A stretch of DNA of 63,865 nucleotides from Candidatus Brocadiia bacterium. GTDB lineage: Bacteria; Planctomycetota; Brocadiia; CAIUPP01. Positions 7,801 through 16,190 of the stretch are shown piece by piece. Below the pieces are notes generated by a model, which saw nothing but the letters and a program-made list of their open reading frames with translations, was not told the DNA's origin and made no database searches. Location of the stretch: assembly GCA_050015075.1 (NCBI GenBank), contig JBEKCB010000030.1, forward strand, positions 1 through 63,865, given 5' to 3'. The translations under genes were made by a program, and so were the position numbers. Position 1 is the stretch's first letter. Each line of letters begins with the position of its first letter.

Positions 7801-9976
7801 CGGCGGCTTTAACGACGACGGTTACGTGGAGTTCGATGGCCCCGTGACGGTCGGAACCGGGGCAACGATGAACGTTACGGCAACCGGCGGCACGGATAAC
7901 GAGGGGTTCGTGGAGTTCTATAACGGCACCGTGACGTTCGGGCCCGGGTCAATGGTGACCATTACGGCGACCGGCGGCTATGATGACGACGCTTATGTGG
8001 AGTTCGACGGCCTCTTGACGGTCGGAACCGGGGCAACGATGACCGTTACGGCGACCGGCGGCACGGAGAACGAGGGATACGTGGAGTTCGACGACGCCGT
8101 GACGATCGGGAACGGGGTATCGCTGACCGTTACGGCGACCGGTGGCGGCCAGGGGACAGGGACGTCTGGAGGAGAAGGGTATGTGGAGTTCAAAGACGGT
8201 GTGACCATCGGGAACGACGCAACAGTGAACGTTACAGCAACCGGCGGCGTGGACGACACCGGGTATGTGTGGTTCGAAGACGGCCTGGCGATCGGGAACG
8301 ACTCAACGGTGAACATTGCGGCGTACGGCGGCGGCGTGGGGACCGGAACGGAGGGAGGAGAAGGGTGGGTGGAAATCGCCGACGCCTTGACGATCGGAAC
8401 CGGGACAACCCTGACCATTACTGCGATCGGCCAGCCGAGCAACGAGGGGTATGTGGAGGTCTACGGCGAAGACACCGTGACGATCGGGGCTGGGTCAACG
8501 ATGACCATTATTGCGACCGGCGGCACGGACAACGAGGGTGAAGTGGAGTTCTACGAGCCCGTGACGCTCGGGACCGGGGCGTCACTGACCATTACGGCGA
8601 CCGGCGGCGCGGACGGCGACGCCTATGTGGACTTCGACGACCCCGTGACGATGGGGAACATGACCACGCTGACCATTACGGGCACCGCCGGCACGGACGG
8701 TGTGGCGGAAATTGAGTTCGGGGAAGCCGTCGGGATCGGGAACCGGGCAACAGTGAACGTTACGGCGACCGGCGGCGCAGGGGAAGACGCGGAAATCTAC
8801 TTCGACGGCGTGACGATGGGGACCGGAACATCGCTGACCGCTACGGCCACCGGCGGCGCGGGGAACGAAGGGTATATCTACTTCGATGAAGCCGTGACGA
8901 TGGGGGCCGGATCATCGCTGACCGCTACGGCCACCGGTGGCATAGGCAGCACGGAGACGGAGGGAGGCGAGGCGTACATCTACTTCGACGGAAACGTGAC
9001 GATGGGGGCCGGAGCATCGCTGACCGCCATGGCCACCGGCGGCGCGGTCGGTACCGGGACGGATGGAGGAGAAGCGTATATATACTTCGATGAAGCCGTG
9101 ACGATGGGGAACGGGGCATCGCTGACCGCGACGGCCACCGGCGGCACGGGAGAAGCGGCGTATATGTACTTCGATCGCGGTGTGGCGCTCGGGAACGGAG
9201 CATCGTTGACCGCGACGGCCACCGGCGGCGCGGGAGCAGATTCAGAAGGCTACATCTACTTCTACGACAACGTGACGCTCGGGACCGCGGCCACGCTGAC
9301 CGCGACGGCGCAGGTCGGCGCGGGCTCGGATACTGAGGCGTATGTGGTATTCGAGGAAGGCGTCGTGACGCTTGGGAGCGGGGCATCGCTGAACGTGACC
9401 GCAAGCGACGGCATGTCGGGAGAGTTTAATGGCGCGTATTTCTATGACGCCGTTAATGGCGATGGCCCCGGCACGGGCAGCTTGACGGTGACGGGCAATG
9501 CGGAGTTCAACGATCCGCTCGGTTCCGTTGTGCCGCTGGACAGCCTGCACGTGACCGGCACGACGCTTTTCGACTTTGCCGAGAATGATGGAACGTACTC
9601 GGCATTCACCTCCGGCGCGCAACACTACGACGGCGGAGTGACGATTGACGACAATACCATACTGGCGACGTACAGCACGACCATCGAGTTCGGCACCACA
9701 CTGGAGCCGGCAGGCACGAGGCCCTATGATGGTCATTTGCTGACGATACTGTATCTGGTGCCGGCGCCGCCTCCGGCGCCGCCAACGGCGAACGTGTTCC
9801 CGCCGCCGTTCATCTTCCCGCCGCCGGTCGGCCTCCCGCCGGCGCCTCAGACCGACGTCCAAGACATGGCGAATCTGGGCGTATTCCTCCAACCGGCGTC
9901 GTTCGAGGAATGGCTCTTCGAGGGCCGATGGTTCTACGACGACACCACCGTGGGTCTCCCGATGACGAAGCGGTAG
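4826..9976 (+). CDS. Filamentous hemagglutinin-family exoprotein (TpsA) with N-terminal secretion domain and a long repeat region
   Basis: Signal peptide; TPS motifs FNIAHGQTVQFIQP, LNRV and VNPAGI; GNGGKVVVWS / GGNVEVSG / GNLLLDP motifs; ~30 internal repeats; Pro-rich C-terminal linker. Confidence 0.93.
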   Translation: MNGLRIRRTGRRGVARAATRLLPALALLPVLLGGGALATPKGAQVVSGSAQIVQKGDLTTITAGNQSIIQYQSFNIAHGQTVQFIQPSSQSTVLNRVLGVNPSVIAGTLLANGVVYIVNPAGIYFVNGCLVNVGAIYAAAGHISNQNFLANINQFTGLTGPVVNNGLISGGEVALIGNQVANFGTIVAPNGVVSLVSGSDVYLTDNDGQILIQLNGGVPAAAGAGVQNSGSIQAPGGTVSLSAGDLYALAIFNNGTIKANEITVQGQGSGLVQVSGTLDASNPYGVGGTINVLGDQIALTSATLNASGATGGGTILVGGGLHGANPAIPDASQTSVSADSVINADALASGNGGKVVVWSNLDTQFYGSISARGGAEAGNGGNVEVSGHYLDFQGTVDTLAPSGTAGNLLLDPTNLVINNSSNQNINGSTPFVPTGDPSVLTWATVVTNLALGNVTVTTAGSPATAGQNGDITIGAASPDLASANKLTISAVGTLYINFGITNSGGGALEFSGASGIQLGANVTSTGPQTYDNPVTLTANVTLTASAVTFSSTVDSDSASTPRSLTLDGNAQFDESVGATYPLNWLQVTGNTVIPADASLSITVNGGTADPEAYVDFEGAVTIGNGASLTIEATGGTTATSGADANAYVEFDSGVTIGSGAAVTITATGGTATGADSVAYAYVQFDNNTATIGSGSTLTITATGGKATGTDGVAYGYVEFDDTTTIGEGATVNLTATGGTTGTDGVVYGYVEFDDTTTIGEGATVNLTATGGTAGTDGVAYGYVEFEAPLTIESVAGTEAKVTITANGGTAPDAYGYVEFEDAVMIGTAATVNVTANGGTATIAGGTESLADAEGYVEFKGPVTIGNASIVTIAANGGTATVTGSTDTNAVADAYVFFDEALTIGNPTATTNTASLTVAATGGTATETGGSTGGFTDPYGEVEFEGPTTVAAGATLNVTATGGIDGYAEVYFDYDSGTALTIGNGATATITATGGFNDDGYVEFDGPVTVGTGATMNVTATGGTDNEGFVEFYNGTVTFGPGSMVTITATGGYDDDAYVEFDGLLTVGTGATMTVTATGGTENEGYVEFDDAVTIGNGVSLTVTATGGGQGTGTSGGEGYVEFKDGVTIGNDATVNVTATGGVDDTGYVWFEDGLAIGNDSTVNIAAYGGGVGTGTEGGEGWVEIADALTIGTGTTLTITAIGQPSNEGYVEVYGEDTVTIGAGSTMTIIATGGTDNEGEVEFYEPVTLGTGASLTITATGGADGDAYVDFDDPVTMGNMTTLTITGTAGTDGVAEIEFGEAVGIGNRATVNVTATGGAGEDAEIYFDGVTMGTGTSLTATATGGAGNEGYIYFDEAVTMGAGSSLTATATGGIGSTETEGGEAYIYFDGNVTMGAGASLTAMATGGAVGTGTDGGEAYIYFDEAVTMGNGASLTATATGGTGEAAYMYFDRGVALGNGASLTATATGGAGADSEGYIYFYDNVTLGTAATLTATAQVGAGSDTEAYVVFEEGVVTLGSGASLNVTASDGMSGEFNGAYFYDAVNGDGPGTGSLTVTGNAEFNDPLGSVVPLDSLHVTGTTLFDFAENDGTYSAFTSGAQHYDGGVTIDDNTILATYSTTIEFGTTLEPAGTRPYDGHLLTILYLVPAPPPAPPTANVFPPPFIFPPPVGLPPAPQTDVQDMANLGVFLQPASFEEWLFEGRWFYDDTTVGLPMTKR
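6616..9450 (+). repeat. Intragenic tandem repeat array (~30 units, core ~28 aa, consensus (S/T)LT(I/V/A)TATGG-x(n)-(G/A)YV(E/Y)F(D/E)xxVT(I/M)GxGA)
   Basis: Counted by eye in the translation. Includes near-exact 99 bp units whose YVEF codons start at 6971, 7070 and 7169. Confidence 0.9.
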
Positions 9977-10181
9977 GATTGCCCGGCGTCGGAGGGCGGC
10001 TACCGGCGCTTTTGCTGCGCCAGTTTCCGCTCCATGCTTTCAAGCTGCTCCTCAACTGTCAGAGTTGACTTCCCTCTGAACTTTGCCCAGCCGCAGGAGG
10101 CATCGGCGCTGCTGCCCTCAAGCCGCGCGGATTATAACGTGCCGCGCCCGCCTTTCGTAACACCTCGTCTGAAGGTGGACA

Positions 10182-10315
<134 letters not shown>

Positions 10316-10329
10316 AGTGTCGAAAAAGC

Positions 10330-10358
10330 ATTCTAACACCCCTGCGACATGTGGTCAA
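10330..10358 (-). promoter_or_regulatory. Sigma70 promoter of tRNA-Leu
   Basis: Minus strand TTGACC-17 nt-TAGAAT, 14 nt upstream of the mature tRNA. Confidence 0.75.
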
Positions 10359-10401
10359 ATCTTCTCGGGGCAAGGCCGGAGGACGCCGCGGCCGATTCGA
10401 C

Positions 10402-10430
10402 TTGCCTGCGCCCGAAGGATGCACTATCAT
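10402..10430 (+). promoter_or_regulatory. Putative sigma70 promoter of trxA
   Basis: TTGCCT-17 nt-TATCAT. Confidence 0.55.
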
Positions 10431-10480
10431 GTAAATGGAGGGGATAAAGCTGGTTGACACCACTGGAAGGAGACGAGGCT

Positions 10481-10810
10481 ATGACCATTGAACTGGATGA
10501 TCGCACATTTCAAGAGGCTCTCGCCAAGGGTTCCAAGCCGGTACTCGTGGATTTCTACGCGACATGGTGCGGTCCATGCGTGCAGCAGGCGCCGATTCTG
10601 GAAAAGTGGGCCGAAGGGCGTAAGGCGGAGTTGGACGTGGCCAAGCTCGATGTGGATAAGTCGCCGACGACCGCTTCAAAGTTCGGCGTACTGAGCATTC
10701 CCACATTGATCATTTTCAGCGCCGGCAAAGAACGGGCGCGCGCGGTCGGGCGCCAAACCGAAAAAGAACTCGACGCGATGCTCGCCAAGGCGACCGCCAA
10801 GAAGGATTAG
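10481..10810 (+). CDS. trxA: Thioredoxin
   Basis: VLVDFYATWCGPC active site, SIPTL cis-Pro motif, RBS AAGGAG. Confidence 0.95.
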   Translation: MTIELDDRTFQEALAKGSKPVLVDFYATWCGPCVQQAPILEKWAEGRKAELDVAKLDVDKSPTTASKFGVLSIPTLIIFSAGKERARAVGRQTEKELDAMLAKATAKKD

Positions 10811-10911
10811 GCGACACTGCCCGAGCCGAATGTTCCAGACGCGCCTTGAGCGCTGAGCGGGATGAGTCGGCTCATTGGCCCTCTTCTCCGCAATGAACCG
10901 CCGAAGTGCGG

Positions 10912-10940
10912 TTGACCGGCCGGATGCGATGTGCTAGATT
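10912..10940 (+). promoter_or_regulatory. Putative sigma70 promoter (extended -10) of thiS-thiG
   Basis: TTGACC-17 nt-TAGATT with TGn immediately upstream of the -10. Confidence 0.55.
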
Positions 10941-10965
10941 CGGCGCCGGCATTTGAAGGTTTGCC

Positions 10966-11166
10966 ATGCAAGTGAAGCTCAACGGAGAGGCCTTGGAATT
11001 GCCCGAGGCCATGACGATTCTGCAACTGCTCGAAAGGCTGAAAGTCCGCCGGGACATCGTAGCGGTCGAGGTGAATCGAGAGATCGTCCCGCGCGCTCGC
11101 CACGGCGATCGGCGTCTGGAAGAGGGCGATGCCGTCGAGGTCGTGACTTTCGTGGGTGGAGGCTGA
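10966..11166 (+). CDS. thiS: Thiamine biosynthesis sulfur carrier ThiS
   Basis: 66 aa, [13 protein letters not shown]-terminal VTFVGGG, adjacent to thiG. Confidence 0.95.
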   Translation: MQVKLNGEALELPEAMTILQLLERLKVRRDIVAVEVNREIVPRARHGDRRLEEGDAVEVVTFVGGG

Positions 11167-11173
11167 TTTCGGC

Positions 11174-11944
11174 ATGCCGGAAGACCTGCTGCGGATCGGT
11201 CAGCGGACGTTTCGCTCGCGGCTTTTCGTCGGCACCGGAAAGTACCCGTCGCTGGAGATCATGAAGCAGGCGCTCGAGGCCTCGGGAGCGGAGGTGGTCA
11301 CCGTGGCCGTACGCAGGACAGCGCTGGACGGGCGGCCCGGCGAGACGCTCCTGGATTACATTGACCGCAGCAAGTACACGATCCTTCCGAACACGGCGGG
11401 GTGCTACTCGGCGGACGAGGCGGTGCGCACCGCGCGCCTTGGACGCGAGGCCGGCCTGAGCGAGATGGTGAAGCTGGAAGTGCTCGGCGACGAGCGGACG
11501 TTGCTTCCCGATCCGATTGAGACGCTCAAGGCGACCGAGATCCTCGTGAAAGAGAAGTTCGTCGTGCTGGTCTACACTTCCGACGACCCGATCATCGCCC
11601 GCAAGCTAGAGACGGCCGGCGCTGCGTGCGTCATGCCCGCAGGCGCGCCGATCGGCTCCGGGCAGGGGATCCTCAACCCGAACAACATTCGCATGATCCT
11701 GGAGTCGGCGAAGGTGCCGATCATTGTGGATGCCGGAGTGGGCACGGCCTCCGACGTCGTGTCGGCGATGGAGCTGGGCGTGGATGGCGTGCTCCTGAAC
11801 ACCGGAGTGGCTCACGCGAAGGACCCCGTGGCGATGGCCCGCGCCATGAAGCATGCGGTCGAGGCCGGCCGCCTGGCCTGGAAGGCAGGGCGGATCCCGC
11901 GCAAGCTCTACGCGAAAGCCAGCAGCCCGCAGAAGGATTTTTAG
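11174..11944 (+). CDS. thiG: Thiazole synthase
   Basis: [28 protein letters not shown] and VDAGVG motifs. Confidence 0.97.
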   Translation: MPEDLLRIGQRTFRSRLFVGTGKYPSLEIMKQALEASGAEVVTVAVRRTALDGRPGETLLDYIDRSKYTILPNTAGCYSADEAVRTARLGREAGLSEMVKLEVLGDERTLLPDPIETLKATEILVKEKFVVLVYTSDDPIIARKLETAGAACVMPAGAPIGSGQGILNPNNIRMILESAKVPIIVDAGVGTASDVVSAMELGVDGVLLNTGVAHAKDPVAMARAMKHAVEAGRLAWKAGRIPRKLYAKASSPQKDF

Positions 11945-12007
11945 TGCGGAGCGCGGGCGATGAGCCCCGCGGCGTAAGACGTTCATTTGGTACGGAGGTT
12001 GAGCGCA

Positions 12008-13141
12008 GTGGGTGAAACCGTCGTACTCGACGCTCAAGAGCAGGCAGGCGAACCGAAGATCGAGAAACTGTTCAAGATCATGGTTCGCCAGAATGCGTCG
12101 GACCTTCACCTGAAGGTGCAGCAACCTCCGGTGCTGCGCATCGGCGGAGTGCTGCGGTCGCTCAAGAGCGACCTGCTGACCGACGCGCAGATTCAGAAAC
12201 TCATCTACGAATTGCTCAAGCCCGACCAGATTGCCACCTTCGAACGCATCGGCAGTTTCGATTTCTCCTACGAGTTCGAGGGCGGCTGGCGGGTGCGGAT
12301 CAATGTCTACAAGCAGCGCGGGCACATCAGCGTGGCATGCCGCCTGGTCCAGAGCCGCATCCCGACCGTCGAAGAGCTGCATCTGCCGGCCTCGCTCATC
12401 AAAATCGCGGAAATCCCGATCGGCCTGGTCCTGGTCGTCGGCGCGACCGGCACCGGCAAGTCCACGACGCTGGCGGCCATGATCCAGCACATCAACAACA
12501 CGCGCCGCTGCCATATCCTGACCGTCGAAGACCCCATCGAATACTCTTTCAAGGACAACAAGTCGCTGATCAACCAGCGCGAGATCGGCATTGACGTCCC
12601 CGACTGGTTGAGCGCGCTGAAGTACGGCATGCGCGAAGATCCCAACGTCATCCTGATCGGCGAAATGCGCGACCCGGAGACGCTCCAGGCCGGATTGACC
12701 GCCGCGGAGACCGGGCACCTGGTCTTCGGAACGCTGCATGCTTCGAATTGCTATCAGGCATTTTCGCGCATGCTGGAGATGTTCCCCGTCGAGAAGCACC
12801 CGGCGATCCGGCAGGGGCTCTCGGCGAACCTCGCCGCCATCATCGCGCAGATGCTCCTGCCCAGCTCGCGCGAGGGCATTCGCATGGTGCCGGCCGTGGA
12901 AGTCCTGATCTGCAACTCCGTCGTCCGCAATCTGATCGGCCGCGGCGAGGATGAGAAAATCGCCGAGGTGATCCGCGGCAGTTCCTCCGACGGGATGCAG
13001 GACATGACCGCGGCGATCGCCAAACTCGTGAAAGAGGAAACGGTCCTTCGGAAGGTGGCGCTGGAGAACGCGCCCAACCGAGAGCGCCTGGAAATGGAAC
13101 TTCGCGGGATATCTTCCGACCGCGGCAAAATCATCGGATGA
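12008..13141 (+). CDS. PilT/PilU-family type IV pilus ATPase
   Basis: ASDLHL, Walker A GATGTGKSTT, TVEDPIE, REDPNVILIGEMRD, AETGHLVFGTLH. GTG start after GGAGGT. Confidence 0.92.
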   Translation: MGETVVLDAQEQAGEPKIEKLFKIMVRQNASDLHLKVQQPPVLRIGGVLRSLKSDLLTDAQIQKLIYELLKPDQIATFERIGSFDFSYEFEGGWRVRINVYKQRGHISVACRLVQSRIPTVEELHLPASLIKIAEIPIGLVLVVGATGTGKSTTLAAMIQHINNTRRCHILTVEDPIEYSFKDNKSLINQREIGIDVPDWLSALKYGMREDPNVILIGEMRDPETLQAGLTAAETGHLVFGTLHASNCYQAFSRMLEMFPVEKHPAIRQGLSANLAAIIAQMLLPSSREGIRMVPAVEVLICNSVVRNLIGRGEDEKIAEVIRGSSSDGMQDMTAAIAKLVKEETVLRKVALENAPNRERLEMELRGISSDRGKIIG

Positions 13142-14886
13142 ACATGCCCCATCAAGTTTCCTGTTCGTCTTCGCGGCCGTCTCCAACCCGCCGATCCGGG
13201 CGGCCGCTCGCGGCCCTGCTGGGCGCGGCGGCGCTCTTTTCAAGCGGTCCGAGCGCCATGGCGCAGGCCACCGGCGCAGAGACGGTTTCCGGCCGGTACA
13301 TGAGCGCGTTCTGGCTGGCGATGTTCATCCTCGACTGCGTGCTCTGGGTCGGCATCCTGGATTGGATCGGCCGCGACAGCGAGCGGCTCAGTTTGCGCCA
13401 CAGGTTCTGGTGCACCCTCGTCGCCGCGGTCGGCGCCGCCGGAATGGGGCTGATCATCCTGGTGAGCATCGGGTTCGTCTTCACCTCCATTCTCGGCCTG
13501 GTCGCGGTGCTGGGCATCTACGTTTGGAAGCGGAACCTGTCGCTGCCGCCGGAACAGCAGGTGCTGACCCGCTCTCACCTCGACTACGTGCTGCGAGGGA
13601 TCTACGAGCGCCTGCACTTGAGGGCTTCGAAGGGCGCGGCGATCCAGTCGCGCGGCGGCCATGAAGACACCACGACTATCGAGCTTCTGCGCAAGGACGG
13701 CACCTCGCTCGAAAAACTGACCAGCAGCCGCAGCGGCTCGGAGGCGGTCGTCTCGATCAAGGAACTCGTCGAGAGCGCCATCCTCTCGCGCGCTACGGAC
13801 ATTCACCTCGAGCCCAAGGAGAACGAACTCCAGGCCCGGTTCCGAATTGACGGCATCCTGCACAACGTTCCGAGCTATGCGGCGGAGTTGGCCTCGCCGA
13901 TGATCTCGTGCGTCAAAGTGCTCTCGGACATGGACATTGCGGAAAAGAGGAAACCGCTGGACGGTTCGTTCATGGGGCGGCTGAGCGGGCGCACGCTGGA
14001 CTTCCGTGTCGCCACGGCGCCGAGCGTCCACGGCGAGACGATGGCCATCCGCATCCTCGACCGCGACGCCGGCCTGATCCGGCTGGAGAAACTCGGGCTG
14101 CTGCCGGACCACATCGAGCTGGCGCGCAAGATCATCCAGTATCCGCACGGCATGCTCATCGTCAGCGGTCCGACCGGCGCCGGAAAGAGCACCACGCTCT
14201 ACGCGATGCTCTCGGAAATTGACGCTTACCAGAAGAACATCATCACCATCGAAGACCCGATCGAGTACCGGCTCGACAACGTCACTCAGCAGCCGATCAA
14301 CCCGAAGGCCGGCGTCACGTTTGCCAGCGCGCTTCGCAGCATCCTGCGGCAGGACCCGGACGTCATCATGGTCGGCGAAATCCGCGACGCCGAGACCGCG
14401 CGCGTGGCCTGCCAAGCCGCCATGACCGGGCACTTCGTTTTCACCACGCTCCACGCGAACGACTCGGTGACCTCGCTCTTCCGCCTGCTGGACCTGGGCG
14501 TGGAGCCGTACTTCATCGCGTCCTCGCTTTCCGCCGTGCTGGCGCAGCGGCTGTGCCGCGTGCTCTGCCCGGCGTGCAAGGAGGCCTACGTGCCGGAGCC
14601 GGCCTTTTTCAAGAGCATCGGCCTGCCGCCGGGCAAGGAAATCCAACTCTACAAGTCGGTCGGATGCGAGGAATGCCAGGGCACCGGCTACCGCGGCCGG
14701 ATCGGCATCTTTGAATTGCTCGATGTCACCGACACTATCAAGGACCTGCTCCGGTCGAACCCGGGCGTCCAGGTCATCACCGCCGAGGCCAAGAAGACCG
14801 GGTTCCGGAAACTGCATGAAGACGGCCTCGCGAAAGTCATCAAGGGACTGACGTCGGTCAAGGAATTGCTCCGAGTCACACGTTGA
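13138..14886 (+). CDS. GspE/PulE/PilB-family secretion ATPase with N-terminal membrane segments
   Basis: ATDIHLEP, RFRIDG, GPTGAGKSTT, LRQDPDVIMVGEIRD, tetracysteine motif CPAC...CEEC. The hydrophobic N-terminal ~130 aa has a signal-like segment and TM helices. Confidence 0.9.
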   Translation: MNMPHQVSCSSSRPSPTRRSGRPLAALLGAAALFSSGPSAMAQATGAETVSGRYMSAFWLAMFILDCVLWVGILDWIGRDSERLSLRHRFWCTLVAAVGAAGMGLIILVSIGFVFTSILGLVAVLGIYVWKRNLSLPPEQQVLTRSHLDYVLRGIYERLHLRASKGAAIQSRGGHEDTTTIELLRKDGTSLEKLTSSRSGSEAVVSIKELVESAILSRATDIHLEPKENELQARFRIDGILHNVPSYAAELASPMISCVKVLSDMDIAEKRKPLDGSFMGRLSGRTLDFRVATAPSVHGETMAIRILDRDAGLIRLEKLGLLPDHIELARKIIQYPHGMLIVSGPTGAGKSTTLYAMLSEIDAYQKNIITIEDPIEYRLDNVTQQPINPKAGVTFASALRSILRQDPDVIMVGEIRDAETARVACQAAMTGHFVFTTLHANDSVTSLFRLLDLGVEPYFIASSLSAVLAQRLCRVLCPACKEAYVPEPAFFKSIGLPPGKEIQLYKSVGCEECQGTGYRGRIGIFELLDVTDTIKDLLRSNPGVQVITAEAKKTGFRKLHEDGLAKVIKGLTSVKELLRVTR

Positions 14887-14920
14887 GGGAGGGCCGGCTA
14901 TCAGCACTTTCTTCTCAGTT

Positions 14921-16147
14921 GTGTTTCTCATCATCACGATCTACTGGTGCTATCGCGGCCTGCGCCGGGGACTGTACCCGGCCCTCAACATCCTGTTCGT
15001 CTTCCTGGTGCCGCTGCTCATCACGCTGAACTACTACGACCTGATGTCCGGCATCGTCGCCAAGATCAAACCGGACACCACGCAGAGCGCCCGCGAGGCG
15101 ATCTCGTTCGTCAGCACCTACCTGATCACGTTCTTCCTCTGCGTCTACTTCTGCCTCTGGCTGTGCGCGGAGGAGTTGCGCATGGACAGAACGATTGACA
15201 CGATCGCCGGCGGAATCCTGGGCATCGTGACCGGAATGATCTGCTGCGGCGTGCTGATGCTGATCTGGTTCAGCACGCCCTTCAGCCGGCTGCCGCAGTT
15301 CGAGGTGGCCGACACCGACATGTTCTACAAGCCGCAGGACCATGCCCTGAAAGTCGTGACCATCGTGGCCGACCGTATCAGCGGAGACCGGGTATTCTCC
15401 GGCGAGCGTTTCATGCGCGACCTTCGCTACGGTCTGCCGCAGGTGCCGACGCTGGGGGCCGGCTTCTACATCAGTTCGGTGCCGACCGGTCTTAAGGTGT
15501 TCATTGAACCGGGCGGCGGCTCGCCGGCAAGCCTCCTGGTCAAGATCAAAGAGCGCCTCAACAATCCGGATAAAGACATCCCGCCCAGCGAGCAAAGAGA
15601 AGCCCAGGTCGAAAAGGGCCGAACGCCGCTCTTCCTCCACGAGAACGCCGCGAGCGCCCTCATTGCCGTCGTCATGGAGAGCGTGCCGCCTGAACTCGCG
15701 CAGGTGGTCGGCGATGAACCCGACAGGCTCTTCGCCAGCGATGGCGAGGTCGGCTACGCCAAGGAGGCCTTGGGCGACCGGACGATTTACATCAAGTTTT
15801 ACAAGGTGGATAAGGCCGGCGCGCCCGTCGGCTCGGAGATCGCGCTCTTCCAGCCCCGCGACAAGACAAAATTTGAGTTCAAGGACTTCTGGCCGTCGAA
15901 GGCCTGTTTCCGATTCAACGACGGCCAGATCGAAATGCAGATGAGGGACTCGGGGGCCACGCAGGACGAAGCCAAAGAGCGCATCCAGGATAATCAATTG
16001 CGGATGTGCGGCAAGGTGACCTTCAGCGGAAGCGAAGGGAAGGTTTACGGGCTGGAGCTTTCCGCCCCGAGTCAGCCCGTCCGCATCTTCGAGGTGCAGC
16101 CGGCCGCGGACCTGAACACCAAAATCGGGCCTGCGCGCTTCCGTTGA
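14921..16147 (+). CDS. CvpA-family membrane protein with a large C-terminal soluble domain (true start may be at 14900)
   Basis: YRGLRRG near the N-terminus, four TM segments and DTIAGGILGIVTG (CvpA-like), followed by ~280 aa of unknown domain. Confidence 0.7.
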   Translation: MFLIITIYWCYRGLRRGLYPALNILFVFLVPLLITLNYYDLMSGIVAKIKPDTTQSAREAISFVSTYLITFFLCVYFCLWLCAEELRMDRTIDTIAGGILGIVTGMICCGVLMLIWFSTPFSRLPQFEVADTDMFYKPQDHALKVVTIVADRISGDRVFSGERFMRDLRYGLPQVPTLGAGFYISSVPTGLKVFIEPGGGSPASLLVKIKERLNNPDKDIPPSEQREAQVEKGRTPLFLHENAASALIAVVMESVPPELAQVVGDEPDRLFASDGEVGYAKEALGDRTIYIKFYKVDKAGAPVGSEIALFQPRDKTKFEFKDFWPSKACFRFNDGQIEMQMRDSGATQDEAKERIQDNQLRMCGKVTFSGSEGKVYGLELSAPSQPVRIFEVQPAADLNTKIGPARFR

Positions 16148-16190
16148 GCCTGGCGGCAACGCCGCCGGCACGCAGCCTCCGAGCGCGCCG

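Noticed and set aside
6616-9450. CRISPR array or DGR-like repeats
   Set aside because: The repeats are in-frame, degenerate at synonymous positions and encode protein repeats. There are no constant repeats with unique spacers, no cas genes and no reverse transcriptase.
9998-10165. Minus-strand TATAAT promoter and short frame (...TVEEQLESMERKLAQQKRR*) reading into the island
   Set aside because: No convincing start codon or SD for a meaningful ORF; possibly a gene remnant but not supportable.
10811-10965. TPP riboswitch upstream of thiS-thiG
   Set aside because: GCTGAG is present but the CTGAGA and CCTGA...AATxCxxGCGxAGG core is not, and the predicted promoter leaves only a ~20 nt leader.
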